Source of the DNA: Acidobacteriota bacterium
GTDB taxonomy: Bacteria > Acidobacteriota > Vicinamibacteria > Vicinamibacterales > JAMQPK01
Assembly (NCBI GenBank): GCA_031395755.1
Contig: JANNJO010000029.1
Coordinates: 1-56,321 of the forward strand
Length of the DNA stretch: 56,321 bases
Direction of reading: 5' to 3'
Part shown: positions 10,309 through 19,283 of the stretch, one piece after another
Layout of the letters: each line of letters starts with the position of its first letter
How positions within the stretch are numbered: the first letter of the stretch is position 1
Made by a program: the position numbers and the translations under genes
The notes under the pieces: generated by a model
Databases searched by the model: none
The model's input: only the letters and a program-made list of their open reading frames with translations
What the model was told of the DNA's origin: nothing

Positions 10309-11406
10309 ATGCCCAACGTTCGGAACGGCTTAGCGGCAGACGATCGCCCCGATCTCGCGGCGATGGATCTCGCAGAGCTCGAGGCCGCCCTCGAGGGGCG
10401 GGGACATCCGCGCTTCCACGCACGGCAGATCTTCACATGGATCTACGCGAAGGGTGTCGCCGACTTCGAAAGGATGACGGATTTGTCCCGCCAGCTCCGC
10501 GCAGACCTGGCCGGACATTTTCGAATAGGCACACCGGCGCTCGTCCGGAAGGAAACGTCGTCGGACGGAACGGTGAAATTTCTGCTGTCGCTCGAGGACG
10601 GCCGTCACATCGAATCGGTCTTCATTCCAGACACACCGCGACAGACGTTCTGCATCTCGACGCAGGTCGGATGTGCCATGAAATGCGGCTTCTGCCTCAC
10701 CGGCAAAATGGGGCTGGTGCGGAATCTCACCGCTGGCGAAATCGCCGGACAGGTGCGCTTGCTGGCCGGGGAGCTGGGGTTGCGTGGCTCGACATTCAAC
10801 ATCGTGCTCATGGGAATGGGCGAGCCGCTGCACAACTACGACAACACGATGAAAGCCCTCCGGATGCTCAACGACGAGCACGGACTCGCCATTTCGCCGA
10901 AACGGGTCACCCTGTCGACGGTGGGAGTCGTGCCGGGTCTTGAACGCCTGGCCACCGAGCCGTTGATGCCCAACCTGGCGATCTCGCTGCACGCGACGAC
11001 CGAGGAGCAGCGCGATGCGCTCGTGCCCGTGAACCGGAAGTACGGCCTCGAAGACATCCTCGACGCCGCCCGCAAGTTCCCGATGAAGCGCCGCAGCCGA
11101 ATCACGTTCGAATACGTGCTGCTGCGGGGCGTCAACGATACGCCGGAAGACGCTCGCCGGCTGGTTCGCCTGCTCGGCAACATTCGCTGCAAGGTGAACC
11201 TGATTCCGCTGAACGAAGCCGCCGGGATTTCGTTCCAGCGCCCTCCGGATGACCGCGTCAACGCATTCGCGGACATCCTGGCGCACGCACGCCTCACGGT
11301 GTCCGTGCGGAAAAGCCGCGGCCGCGATATTCGTGCCGCCTGCGGTCAGCTGATTGTGGAAGGTACGATGCCGTCGCCGGCGCAGAAAGCGGCGGCGTTG
11401 ATGTAA
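10309..11406 (+). CDS. rlmN: 23S rRNA/tRNA adenine-C2 methyltransferase (radical SAM)
   Basis: HPRFHARQIFTWIY, radical-SAM cluster GCAMKCGFCLTG, C-terminal catalytic Cys context RAACGQL. Confidence 0.9.
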   Translation: MPNVRNGLAADDRPDLAAMDLAELEAALEGRGHPRFHARQIFTWIYAKGVADFERMTDLSRQLRADLAGHFRIGTPALVRKETSSDGTVKFLLSLEDGRHIESVFIPDTPRQTFCISTQVGCAMKCGFCLTGKMGLVRNLTAGEIAGQVRLLAGELGLRGSTFNIVLMGMGEPLHNYDNTMKALRMLNDEHGLAISPKRVTLSTVGVVPGLERLATEPLMPNLAISLHATTEEQRDALVPVNRKYGLEDILDAARKFPMKRRSRITFEYVLLRGVNDTPEDARRLVRLLGNIRCKVNLIPLNEAAGISFQRPPDDRVNAFADILAHARLTVSVRKSRGRDIRAACGQLIVEGTMPSPAQKAAALM

Positions 11407-11412
11407 GGACGT

Positions 11413-12669
11413 CTACGTATTGAGGCGACCAGTCAGATGTTCGCCAGCCAGGCTCAGTTGCACGCTCACCCATTCATTTCTCGGCGGGCCCGCCGGAATT
11501 CTCACCTTCAGGTAATTGTCCGTCACGACCATCGACCCATCTTCTATGGTCAGCCCCGGCCGCACGGCGCCGTCCTGGCTCCGGTGGAATCTTCTCGTCA
11601 ACTCCCGACCGACATCGCGGAGCCGGCTCGCGCGTTCCCGTACGACCGACCCGTGAATCCTGCCGGACATGGCGCTCGCCGCCGTACCTGGCCGATCCGA
11701 ATACGGAAATACGTGGATGTGCGTGAGCGGACAGGACTTGAGATAGCCAAAGAGGGCCTCGAAGTCTTCATCGGTCTCGCCCGGGAACCCGACGATGATG
11801 TCGGAGCCAATGGACGCGTGCGGCATCTCCTCGCGGATGCGCGCGACAAGGCCGCGATAGTACGCGAGCGTATACGGACGCCGCATGGCCACAAGCATGC
11901 GGTCGCTCGCATGCTGCAGGGGAAGATGAAAATGCGGCGCAAAGGACGTCGATCCGGCGACGAGATCGACGATCGCATCTGAGCAATCCATCGGCTCGAG
12001 CGAGCTGACCCGAAAGCGAATCCCAGATGCGTCACGCTCGATCAGCGCCAGGAGACCGGCCAGCGACGATCCGTCGGCGAGATCGCGGCCGTAGGATCCG
12101 AGATGAACGCCGGTGAGCGCAATTTCCCTGTAGCCCGCGTCCCGCACGCGCGAGATCTCAGACATGACTTCCTTCGCCGGCCGGCTGCGGCCCGACCCGC
12201 GCGTCGACGGAATGATGCAGTAGGAACAGGACTGCTCGCAGCCGGTCTGCACGCGAAGGGTAAATGCCGTGCGGCCGGCGAGCCCCGGAGCGATGTCCGC
12301 ACCGCAGGATCCGTCGCCGTCGCCGAAGCGCTCGGCCGTCGTGAGGCCGATGTCCTGGGTGAGCCATTCCTTGCGATCGTTCGGAATAATCTGAACCACG
12401 CCCGGAAGGCCGGCAATCTCGTCCGGCCGCCGGGTGGCGTAGCAGCCCGTGACGACAATTCTCGCAGCTGGATTTTCGCGTGCAACCTTCCGCACGATCT
12501 GGCGGGCCCCCTGGTCGGCGGCACCCGTCACCGAACACGTGTTGACGACGACGAGGTCGGCCTCCCGCGTCCCGGTCGCGGTGCCGCCTGCCGCCAGCAG
12601 CTGCGCCTCTATATGAAGGGAGTCGGCCTGATTGACCCGGCAGCCGAAGGTGATGATGGAGTACTTCAC
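11413..12669 (-). CDS. mtaB: MiaB-like tRNA methylthiotransferase (MtaB type)
   Basis: UPF0004 N-terminus MKYSIITFGCRVNQADS, radical-SAM CEQSCSYCIIP, and a TRAM-like C-terminal region. The subfamily (MtaB versus MiaB/RimO) is assigned from size and N-terminus only. Confidence 0.7.
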   Translation of the reverse strand: MKYSIITFGCRVNQADSLHIEAQLLAAGGTATGTREADLVVVNTCSVTGAADQGARQIVRKVARENPAARIVVTGCYATRRPDEIAGLPGVVQIIPNDRKEWLTQDIGLTTAERFGDGDGSCGADIAPGLAGRTAFTLRVQTGCEQSCSYCIIPSTRGSGRSRPAKEVMSEISRVRDAGYREIALTGVHLGSYGRDLADGSSLAGLLALIERDASGIRFRVSSLEPMDCSDAIVDLVAGSTSFAPHFHLPLQHASDRMLVAMRRPYTLAYYRGLVARIREEMPHASIGSDIIVGFPGETDEDFEALFGYLKSCPLTHIHVFPYSDRPGTAASAMSGRIHGSVVRERASRLRDVGRELTRRFHRSQDGAVRPGLTIEDGSMVVTDNYLKVRIPAGPPRNEWVSVQLSLAGEHLTGRLNT

Positions 12670-13154
12670 AATTTCTTGGCGGCCTCTTCGACTTTGTCGG
12701 CGAGACCTTTCTTATACTTCTCCAGCCGTTCCGCAATCTGCTTGTCGCCGAGCGCGAGGATTTGCGCGGCGAGCACGCCGGCGTTGACGGCGCCGGGCTT
12801 GCCGATGGAAACGGTGGCGACTGGCACGCCGGGCGGCATCTGAACGGTCGAAAGCAGCGCGTCCAACCCGTTGAGTGCCGACGAATCGATCGGCACGCCG
12901 ATGACGGGCTTCGTGACGTGCGCGGCGACGACGCCCCCCAGGTGCGCGGCCGCGCCGGCACCGACGATGAAGACGCTGACGCCGCGCTCCTGCGCTTCGC
13001 CGAGCAGTCGCATCACGCGCTCTGGCGATCGATGTGCGGAGGCGACGGTCATTTCGACCGACACGCCAAGCTCCTTCAGCACATCAACAGCGCCCTGCAT
13101 CACCGGCGCGTCGTTCTGAGAGCCCATCAATATCAATACCTGCAGTGGTGTCAT
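12666..13154 (-). CDS. purE: N5-carboxyaminoimidazole ribonucleotide mutase
   Basis: VLILMGSQNDAPVM, VASAHRSP, GAGAAAHLGGVVA; 162 aa. Confidence 0.9.
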   Translation of the reverse strand: MTPLQVLILMGSQNDAPVMQGAVDVLKELGVSVEMTVASAHRSPERVMRLLGEAQERGVSVFIVGAGAAAHLGGVVAAHVTKPVIGVPIDSSALNGLDALLSTVQMPPGVPVATVSIGKPGAVNAGVLAAQILALGDKQIAERLEKYKKGLADKVEEAAKKL

Positions 13155-13166
13155 TGTTTTCTCCGC

Positions 13167-14450
13167 TTAGCCCAGGGCTTTGGCTCCAATGTCTTTCCGA
13201 TAGTGCATACGATCGAAGCTGATGTGGCCAACCGCTTCGTACGCGCGATCGATCGCCGTCCGATAGTCCGCCCCGGAGGCCACGACCGTCAGGACGCGGC
13301 CCCCGGCCGTCTCGATGTCTTCACCGCGCTTCGCGGTTCCGGAGTGGAAGACGTTGACGCCAGGCAGCGCCTCCGCAGCCGCCAGGCCATGAATCACTTT
13401 GCCGGTCTCGTACGTCTCAGGATATCCGCCCGAGGCGAGGACGACCCCCACGCGCGGCTGCCGAGACATGGAAACAGCCGAGGTGTCGAGCTCACCTGCG
13501 GCAGCGCTCATCAGCAGCCCCGACAGGTCGTCGGCCATCATCGGCAGGATGACCTGCGCCTCCGGATCGCCGAACCGCACGTTGAATTCGATCACCCTGG
13601 GGCCGTCCGCCGTCAGCATCAGGCCGACGAACAGGAATCCGCGGAATTCGCTGCCTTCGCTGCGCATCCCTTCCAGCACAGGAAACACGATCTCGCTCAT
13701 GACGCGCGCCTGCATCGCGGCATCGAACAGCGAGCTCGGCGCGTACGCCCCCATACCGCCCGTGTTGGGGCCCGCATCCTCGTCGAACGCGCGCTTATGA
13801 TCTTCGGCCGAGCCCAGCGGAAGCGCGCGCGTGCCGTCGCTGAGCACAAAAAAGGATGCTTCGCGACCGACGAGCAGCTCTTCCACGACCAGCCGCGCGC
13901 CCGCATGGCCGAACCGCTTGTCGACCATCATCGCGTGAACCTGCACGTCCGCATCCTCCAGATCGGGCGAGATCACGACGCCCTTGCCGGCGGCAAGGCC
14001 ATCGGCCTTCAGCACGACAGGAAACGTGAACTCGCCGGTCCGGAGCACCGCACGCGCCTGCGCCGCCGAGTCGCACGCTTTGTATCGCGCTGTCGGCACG
14101 TTGCAGCGGTGCATGAAATCTTTGGCAAAGACCTTGCTCGACTCGAGAAGCGCGGCGCGCTGCGTGGGGCCGAACAGGAGATGCCCTTCGGCGGCGAACA
14201 CGTCGGCCACGCCGCGGCTGAGCGGCAACTCGGGGCCGATGATGGTGAAGTCGATCCCCTCGCGTCTCGCGATCGCCTCGACGGCGTGCGCGTCGGCGGG
14301 ATCGACGGGAATGCAGCGCGCCAGGCGGCTGATTCCGGCGTTCCCGGGCGCGCACACGATCTCCGCCACGGCGCGTTCTGACGCCAATTTCCACACCAAG
14401 GCGTGTTCGCGTCCGCCGTTTCCGATGACCAACACTCTCGTGGATGCCAC
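13167..14450 (-). CDS. purD: phosphoribosylamine--glycine ligase
   Basis: VLVIGNGGREHALVWKL, an ATP-grasp core, FNVRFGDPE. Confidence 0.9.
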   Translation of the reverse strand: MASTRVLVIGNGGREHALVWKLASERAVAEIVCAPGNAGISRLARCIPVDPADAHAVEAIARREGIDFTIIGPELPLSRGVADVFAAEGHLLFGPTQRAALLESSKVFAKDFMHRCNVPTARYKACDSAAQARAVLRTGEFTFPVVLKADGLAAGKGVVISPDLEDADVQVHAMMVDKRFGHAGARLVVEELLVGREASFFVLSDGTRALPLGSAEDHKRAFDEDAGPNTGGMGAYAPSSLFDAAMQARVMSEIVFPVLEGMRSEGSEFRGFLFVGLMLTADGPRVIEFNVRFGDPEAQVILPMMADDLSGLLMSAAAGELDTSAVSMSRQPRVGVVLASGGYPETYETGKVIHGLAAAEALPGVNVFHSGTAKRGEDIETAGGRVLTVVASGADYRTAIDRAYEAVGHISFDRMHYRKDIGAKALG

Positions 14451-14503
14451 GTCTTCGCAGTAAACTGTTGGATATAAAAGGGTTAATCTGAAGGACTAAT
14501 CCG

Positions 14504-14533
14504 TTGACGGGGCTGCGGATTTGCGCCTACTAT
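14504..14533 (+). promoter_or_regulatory. candidate sigma-70 promoter for rpsU
   Basis: TTGACG (14504..14509), an 18-nt spacer, then TACTAT (14528..14533). It lies about 100 nt upstream of the rpsU start. Sequence match only. Confidence 0.35.
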
Positions 14534-14635
14534 TCGCAGTCCCGAGTTAGCGTAACACAATCGTTATTCAAGTTATCGTGATGGCCGAGGCAGCAATCAT
14601 CACGTTCGCCCGAGTTGAGGGGGGTGTCATTAAGC

Positions 14636-14833
14636 GTGGCGGAAGTTAAAGTCCAGGACGGCGAGTCGATCGAGAGTGCTCTTCGGCGGTTCAAACGGAA
14701 GGTGCAGCAGGAAGATATCATCAAGGATATCAAGAAGCATTCCTTCTATTTGAAGCCCGGAGACAAGCGCAGGGCCAAACAGGCCCTGGCGCGCAAACGT
14801 AACCGCAAGAAAATGCGACGCGACGCAGAGTAA
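14636..14833 (+). CDS. rpsU: 30S ribosomal protein S21
   Basis: (V)AEVKVQDGESIESALRRFKRKVQQEDIIKDIKKHSFYLKPGDKRR..KRNRKK is classic S21. A GTG start at 14636 is preferred (GAGGGGGG Shine-Dalgarno 8-10 nt upstream) over ORF start 14615. Confidence 0.85.
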   Translation: MAEVKVQDGESIESALRRFKRKVQQEDIIKDIKKHSFYLKPGDKRRAKQALARKRNRKKMRRDAE

Positions 14834-14857
14834 AGGGCGCGAGCAAGGGGCGACACG

Positions 14858-15163
14858 ATGGAGTTCCAAGACAAGATCCTGAATTGCGTGGATTGCGGCG
14901 CGGAGTTCGTGTGGACGGCAGGTGAACAGCTCTTTTTTGCGGACAAGAACTTCAAGAACGAGCCGAAGCGATGCAAGGCCTGCAAGACCAAGCGCGCAAC
15001 CCGGGCGGCGTCGCCCGGGATTCGTGAACGCGTCGAAACGACCGCCACGTGCTCTGCATGCGGCAAAGAAACGACCGTTCCCTTCCGTCCAACGCAGGGT
15101 CGCCCTGTGTTTTGCAAAGAGTGTTTTCAACAGAGGAAGTTCGCTGGAGCGGGAGGACTGTAA
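14858..15163 (+). CDS. zinc-ribbon protein (two CxxC pairs repeated, zf-trcl-like)
   Basis: CVDCGAEFVWTAGEQLFF...RCKACK and CSACGKETTVPFRPTQGRPVFCKECF. This small CxxC protein type commonly follows rpsU. Confidence 0.65.
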   Translation: MEFQDKILNCVDCGAEFVWTAGEQLFFADKNFKNEPKRCKACKTKRATRAASPGIRERVETTATCSACGKETTVPFRPTQGRPVFCKECFQQRKFAGAGGL

Positions 15164-15320
15164 GTCCTTCCGCTTCGGATGCCTAGCGATCAGGGCAGCC
15201 GCCCACTCTTCCTAAACCTTCGTGTATCGTTGCATCGCGTTCAGCAAGCGCACACGAGCTGACGCTGCTGACCGAAACGGCGACGCAGCATCGACCGATC
15301 CTGGGGGACTACACCCCAAC

Positions 15321-15589
15321 CTGCTCGATCAGATGATCTCCGTGGTGACGGCCTCGACGCTGATCGCGTACGCGTTCTACACAATCAGCCCCGAAACGAC
15401 CGCGAAATTCGGCACCACGCTGCTGAATCTGACGACTCCGTTTCCACTGTATGGGATTTTCCGCCACCTCTGCCTGGTGCATCGCCGGGACCTCGGCGGA
15501 AGCCCGGCCGATCTGCCGGTCAACGACCGGCCGCTCCTGGTTTGGTCACGCTCTGGGCGCTCTCGGTGATCCTCATCGTTTACCGGTAA
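15321..15589 (+). pseudogene. 3' remnant of a UbiA-family prenyltransferase (decaprenyl-phosphate phosphoribosyltransferase-like), frameshifted
   Basis: LLDQMISVVTASTLIAYAFYTISPE...TTPFPLYGIFRHLCLVHRRDLGGSPADLPVNDRPLL matches only the last ~80 aa of this ~300-aa family. The expected final TM helix (GLVTLWALSVILIVYR*) is encoded in a different frame, ending at TAA 15587..15589. No N-terminal catalytic part is present upstream. Confidence 0.6.
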
Positions 15590-15593
15590 TATT

Positions 15594-16874
15594 GTGGGAA
15601 TGTCCCAAGCCCGCGTGGCCGTCCTGCGGACCAGTCCGGAGACCGTTCTCCGGGACTACCATCGTCTGCTGAACCTCGCCGGGTACCAGAACGTCATCGC
15701 CAAAGATGCCGACACGGCGCTGAAAGTCAACATCTCGTGGCACTTTTTCTTCCCCGGCAGCTCGACGACGCCCTGGCAGCTCGAGGGCGTGATTCGGGGG
15801 ATGAAGAAAGACGGCTACTCGCCCGAATTGATCCACGCGTGCCACAACCGCACGGTCGTCATCGATGCGCGCCTCGGCGAGCGCGAGAACAAGCAGCTTC
15901 CGGTGATCGAGGCGCATGGTCTGCGCAACATCCACACTTACGAAAGCGAAGAGTGGATCAACATCCGCGACGCGGTGGGCGACCTGACGAAGGAGTTTCT
16001 CTGCCTGAACGAGGTCTACCCGCAGGGCTTCATGATTCCGCGCCGGTTCATCGGCGAAAACATCATTCATCTCCCGACGGTTAAAACGCACGTCTTCACG
16101 ACGACGACCGGGGCAATGAAGAACGCGTTTGGGGGGCTGCTCAACGAGCGCAGGCATTGGACGCACCCCGTCATCCATGAAACGCTCGTCGATCTGCTGA
16201 TGATTCAGCAGAAGATCCACCGCGGAGTCTTCGCGGTGATGGACGGGACGTTCGCCGGCGACGGCCCGGGCCCGCGCTGCATGATCCCTTGCGTGAAGAA
16301 CGTGATTCTCGCCAGCGCCGACCAGGTCGCCATCGACGCGATTGCCGCCAGGCTGATGGGGATGGATCCGCTATCGATCAAGTTCATCCGCCTGGCGCAT
16401 GAGCGAGGCCTTGGCTGCGGCGATCCCCGCGACATCGAAATCGTCGGCGATCAGGACGCGGCCGCCGAGAATTGGCATTTTGCGGGGCCGTTCCGGAAGA
16501 TGACCTTCGCGGCCCGCATGCAGCACAAGATCTATTGGGGGCCATGGCGCAAGCCGGTCGAATGGTCCTTGAAAACCGTTCTCGCCCCCTGGGCGTACGC
16601 CGCCAGCGTGGTGTACCACGACAGCTTCTGGTACCCCTTGAAAGCGAAGGGGTTGATGCGCGAAGTGATGGAGAGCCCGTGGGGCAGGTTATTCCGCGGC
16701 TGGGAATCGGCGGTCGCTGATGAGAGCGGCTATCCCAAGGTGGGCGGCGAGCCGGCGGACATCGAGCGCACGGGGCTGAGGGCGCTCGTCCGATCGATCG
16801 GAATTCTGGGAACGTGCCTGAAGGAAGCACCTGAGTTTGCGGCGCGCCGGCGGGTCCAACACACGAAGGTATGA
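15594..16874 (+). CDS. DUF362 domain protein
   Basis: VAVLRTSPETVLRDY...LKVNISW, LPTVKTHVFTTTTGAMKNAFGGL, DGTFAGDGPGP, ILASADQVAIDAIAARLMG follow the DUF362 pattern. The start could be GTG 15594 or ATG 15600. Confidence 0.7.
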   Translation: MGMSQARVAVLRTSPETVLRDYHRLLNLAGYQNVIAKDADTALKVNISWHFFFPGSSTTPWQLEGVIRGMKKDGYSPELIHACHNRTVVIDARLGERENKQLPVIEAHGLRNIHTYESEEWINIRDAVGDLTKEFLCLNEVYPQGFMIPRRFIGENIIHLPTVKTHVFTTTTGAMKNAFGGLLNERRHWTHPVIHETLVDLLMIQQKIHRGVFAVMDGTFAGDGPGPRCMIPCVKNVILASADQVAIDAIAARLMGMDPLSIKFIRLAHERGLGCGDPRDIEIVGDQDAAAENWHFAGPFRKMTFAARMQHKIYWGPWRKPVEWSLKTVLAPWAYAASVVYHDSFWYPLKAKGLMREVMESPWGRLFRGWESAVADESGYPKVGGEPADIERTGLRALVRSIGILGTCLKEAPEFAARRRVQHTKV

Positions 16875-16931
16875 GGGCAGAGGGCAGAGGGCAGAAATAC
16901 ATCTGCCCTCTGCCCTCCTACCTCTGCCCTG
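16873..16931. repeat. heptamer-repeat hairpin, (GAGGGCA)3 facing (TGCCCTC)n
   Basis: 16880..16895 pairs perfectly (16 bp) with 16902..16917 around the loop AATACA. A further 6 bp (16874..16879 with 16925..16930) follows after a 7-nt bulge. It overlaps the DUF362 stop and ends 17 nt before the next start codon. There is no U-tract. Confidence 0.85.
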
Positions 16932-16947
16932 TCTCTATCGAGTGACT

Positions 16948-17994
16948 ATGGCAGATTTCAACATCCGGACAGACGCGGTCGACGTCGAGCAGATCATGCG
17001 CCAGATTCGGGCGCGGATTCACGAAAAGCGGGGCGTCGACTACACCGAGCAGCAGATTCAGGAGCTCGCGAACGTCAAGCTCGAGCGGTTTCTCGATCCC
17101 AAGGGCGTTCGCTCAGACCTCGTCGAGCAGTTCAAGCGACGGCGCGAGGAGAAGCTCGAGCCGTTCCACCTTCATCCCGAGGCGTCGCGCGGTTTTGACG
17201 CGGAGATGCTCTATGGGACGCATCGCGGCATCCTTCGGCTGATCCGCCGTCTGCTCAATCCGATCCTGAAGCTCTTCTTCAATCCGAACACGATCATTCA
17301 TGCGCTTCACAAGCAGAGCGACATCAACGCGCTCTACGAGGGGCAGTTCAACTTCCTCCGGGATAAGAGCCAGCAGCGCGATGACGTCGACGTGCTCTAC
17401 TACGAACTGGTGCACAACCTGGTGCTCGAGCTGACGCGGGTCGGCATCGAGAACCGGAATCTGAAGATGCGGCTCGAGTCTCTATCCAGCCGGATGGACT
17501 TTGATGAGCGGCGCGCGCGCGCGCTCGAAGGGGTGGTCCAGTTTCGGCCCGGCACGGGGCCTGCGCGCGAACCGGTTCAACAGCCGGCCCGATCGTTCAG
17601 CCCATCGGAACCGCCACCGCCCCAACCGGCGGCGCCTTCACAACCGGCCGCACAGCAGGCACAGCAGGCGCCGCAGGCACCGGCGCAGGGAGGTCAGGCT
17701 GCACAGCCACAACTCGACGCAGGCCCCGGCGCCGGCAACGACGACCAGGGCGGCGAATCCGGCACCGCGCGCCGGCGACGCCGGCGCCGACGCGGACGCC
17801 GCGGCGGTCGCGGCCGCACGCCCGGTGACAACGCCGCAGCGTTGACCGATGTCTCGTCATCCGGGAATTCGGCCGCGCCGCCGCATGGCGATCCCACTGC
17901 ACACGCCGCACGAGGGAACGACAGCGATGAAATGGGGCTCGCCGCCGATGCTGATCCGGGCGAAGACGAAGGGCCGGACCCCTCAGAGCAGTGA
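16948..17994 (+). CDS. hypothetical protein: helical N-terminal domain plus disordered P/A/Q-rich, poly-Arg and acidic tail
   Basis: Start chosen at MADFNIRTDAVDVEQIMRQIR (ORF track starts at 16837, inside the hairpin). The C-terminal half contains AQQAQQAPQAPAQ and RRRRRRRGRRGGRGR. The stop overlaps the GTG start of the next glycosyltransferase (GTGA). No family was recognised. Confidence 0.6.
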   Translation: MADFNIRTDAVDVEQIMRQIRARIHEKRGVDYTEQQIQELANVKLERFLDPKGVRSDLVEQFKRRREEKLEPFHLHPEASRGFDAEMLYGTHRGILRLIRRLLNPILKLFFNPNTIIHALHKQSDINALYEGQFNFLRDKSQQRDDVDVLYYELVHNLVLELTRVGIENRNLKMRLESLSSRMDFDERRARALEGVVQFRPGTGPAREPVQQPARSFSPSEPPPPQPAAPSQPAAQQAQQAPQAPAQGGQAAQPQLDAGPGAGNDDQGGESGTARRRRRRRRGRRGGRGRTPGDNAAALTDVSSSGNSAAPPHGDPTAHAARGNDSDEMGLAADADPGEDEGPDPSEQ

Positions 17995-19283
17995 AGCTGG
18001 CGATCGTGGTGCAACGCTACGGCGCCGACATCAACGGCGGCGCCGAGCTGCACGCGCGCTACGTCGCCGAACACCTCTCGCGGCATGCCGAAGTGGAAGT
18101 GCTCACGACGCGGGCCCGTGATTACGTCACGTGGCGTGATGAATACCCGGCAGCCATCGAGCAGGTCAACGGCGTTCCGGTGCGCAGGTTTCCCGTCGAC
18201 CACGAGCGCGACGTCACCGTGTTCGGCCGATGGTCGGAGCTCGTCTTCGGCCAGCAGCACTCGTACCTCGACGAGTTGAAGTGGCTCGATGCCGAGGGGC
18301 CGAAGAGCACGTCGCTGCTGTCGCACGTTCGCTCTGCGCAGGCCGCCTACGACTACGTCTTTTTTTTCAGCTACCGGTACTACCACGCCTACCATGGGGT
18401 GCGTGCGGTGCCGTCGCGCGCGATTCTGGTGCCGACGGCAGAACGCGACCAGGCCATCGGCCTGGCCATCTCGCCACGTATTTTCCGCGGCGTGCGGGCG
18501 CTCATGTACAACAGCCCCGAAGAGCGGCGGCTGATTCAGACCGTGTCGAACAATCACGACGTGCCGGGCGTCGTTGTGGGCATCGGCTCCGCGATTCCCG
18601 AACGACCGCAGGCAGAGCGCTTTAGGCAGAAGTACGGGATCGCGGGCCGTTTTGCGCTGTACGTCGGGCGCATCGATCAGAACAAGGGCTGCAAAGAGCT
18701 GTTCTCGTTCTTCTTGAATGGGCTGCAGGCACTGCCAAGAGGGCTGCGACTCGTGCTGATCGGAAAGGAAATCCTGCCCATCCCCGAGCACCCGCGCATT
18801 CTCCATCTGGGATTTCTCGACGATCAGGATAAGTTCGATGCGCTCGCCGCGGCCGATCTGCTGCTGATGCCGTCATATTATGAAAGCCTCTCGATGGTCG
18901 CACTCGAGGCGTGGGCGCTCGGCAAACCGGTGCTGGCGAACGGCAAGTGCGAGGTGCTCCGGGGACAATGCATCCGGAGCAAGGCGGGCCTTTACTACGA
19001 AACGCAGGCGGAGTTCATCGAGACGCTGCGCGCCATCGCGGAGAGCCGCGGCCTGAACGCGGCATTCGGCGCGAACGGCCGCCAGTTCTTCCAGCAGCAT
19101 TATTCCTGGCCGGTCATCGAGCAGAAGTATCTGGATATGCTGCAGCGGCTGAAGGAAGAAGATGGAAAGGGCCGGACGCGGGGCATGGAGGCCGAGCCGG
19201 GCTTCTTTGCCAGACGCCGCCGAACCCTCCGCGCAGCCATCGACGTGGTATCGGAGCTTCCATCCGGACCGGTGTTGAATTGA
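17991..19283 (+). CDS. glycosyltransferase family 4 (GT-B), paralog type A1
   Basis: MKLAIVVQRYGADINGGAELHARYVAEHLSRH.EVEVLTT.A.DY..W; C-terminal ESLSMVALEAWALGKPVL (E-x7-E region). Alignable by eye with 21574.. and 26456... Confidence 0.8.
   Translation: MKLAIVVQRYGADINGGAELHARYVAEHLSRHAEVEVLTTRARDYVTWRDEYPAAIEQVNGVPVRRFPVDHERDVTVFGRWSELVFGQQHSYLDELKWLDAEGPKSTSLLSHVRSAQAAYDYVFFFSYRYYHAYHGVRAVPSRAILVPTAERDQAIGLAISPRIFRGVRALMYNSPEERRLIQTVSNNHDVPGVVVGIGSAIPERPQAERFRQKYGIAGRFALYVGRIDQNKGCKELFSFFLNGLQALPRGLRLVLIGKEILPIPEHPRILHLGFLDDQDKFDALAAADLLLMPSYYESLSMVALEAWALGKPVLANGKCEVLRGQCIRSKAGLYYETQAEFIETLRAIAESRGLNAAFGANGRQFFQQHYSWPVIEQKYLDMLQRLKEEDGKGRTRGMEAEPGFFARRRRTLRAAIDVVSELPSGPVLN

Noticed and set aside
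12762-14381. 539-aa ORF on the plus strand
   Set aside because: It is antisense to unmistakable purE and purD. Its R/A/G/H-rich composition is typical of the shadow frame in high-GC DNA, and it has no recognisable motifs.
14451-14540. Purine or ZTP riboswitch upstream of purD (minus strand)
   Set aside because: No CCGCCTGGGC-type pseudoknot element or purine-riboswitch core is visible in the reverse complement.
15222-15569. 115-aa ORF as an intact gene
   Set aside because: Only its distal part resembles a UbiA-family C-terminus, and the last helix is out of frame. It is treated as a pseudogene remnant.
18911-19279. Long N-terminal extensions in the ORF track. The same issue applies to ORFs starting at 16837, 22632, 29640, 35679, 40296, 42036, 42977, 54391, 7643 and 4414.
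   Set aside because: The extensions overlap upstream genes or repeats and lack family similarity. Internal starts give canonical N-termini, often with 1-4-nt stop/start overlaps.
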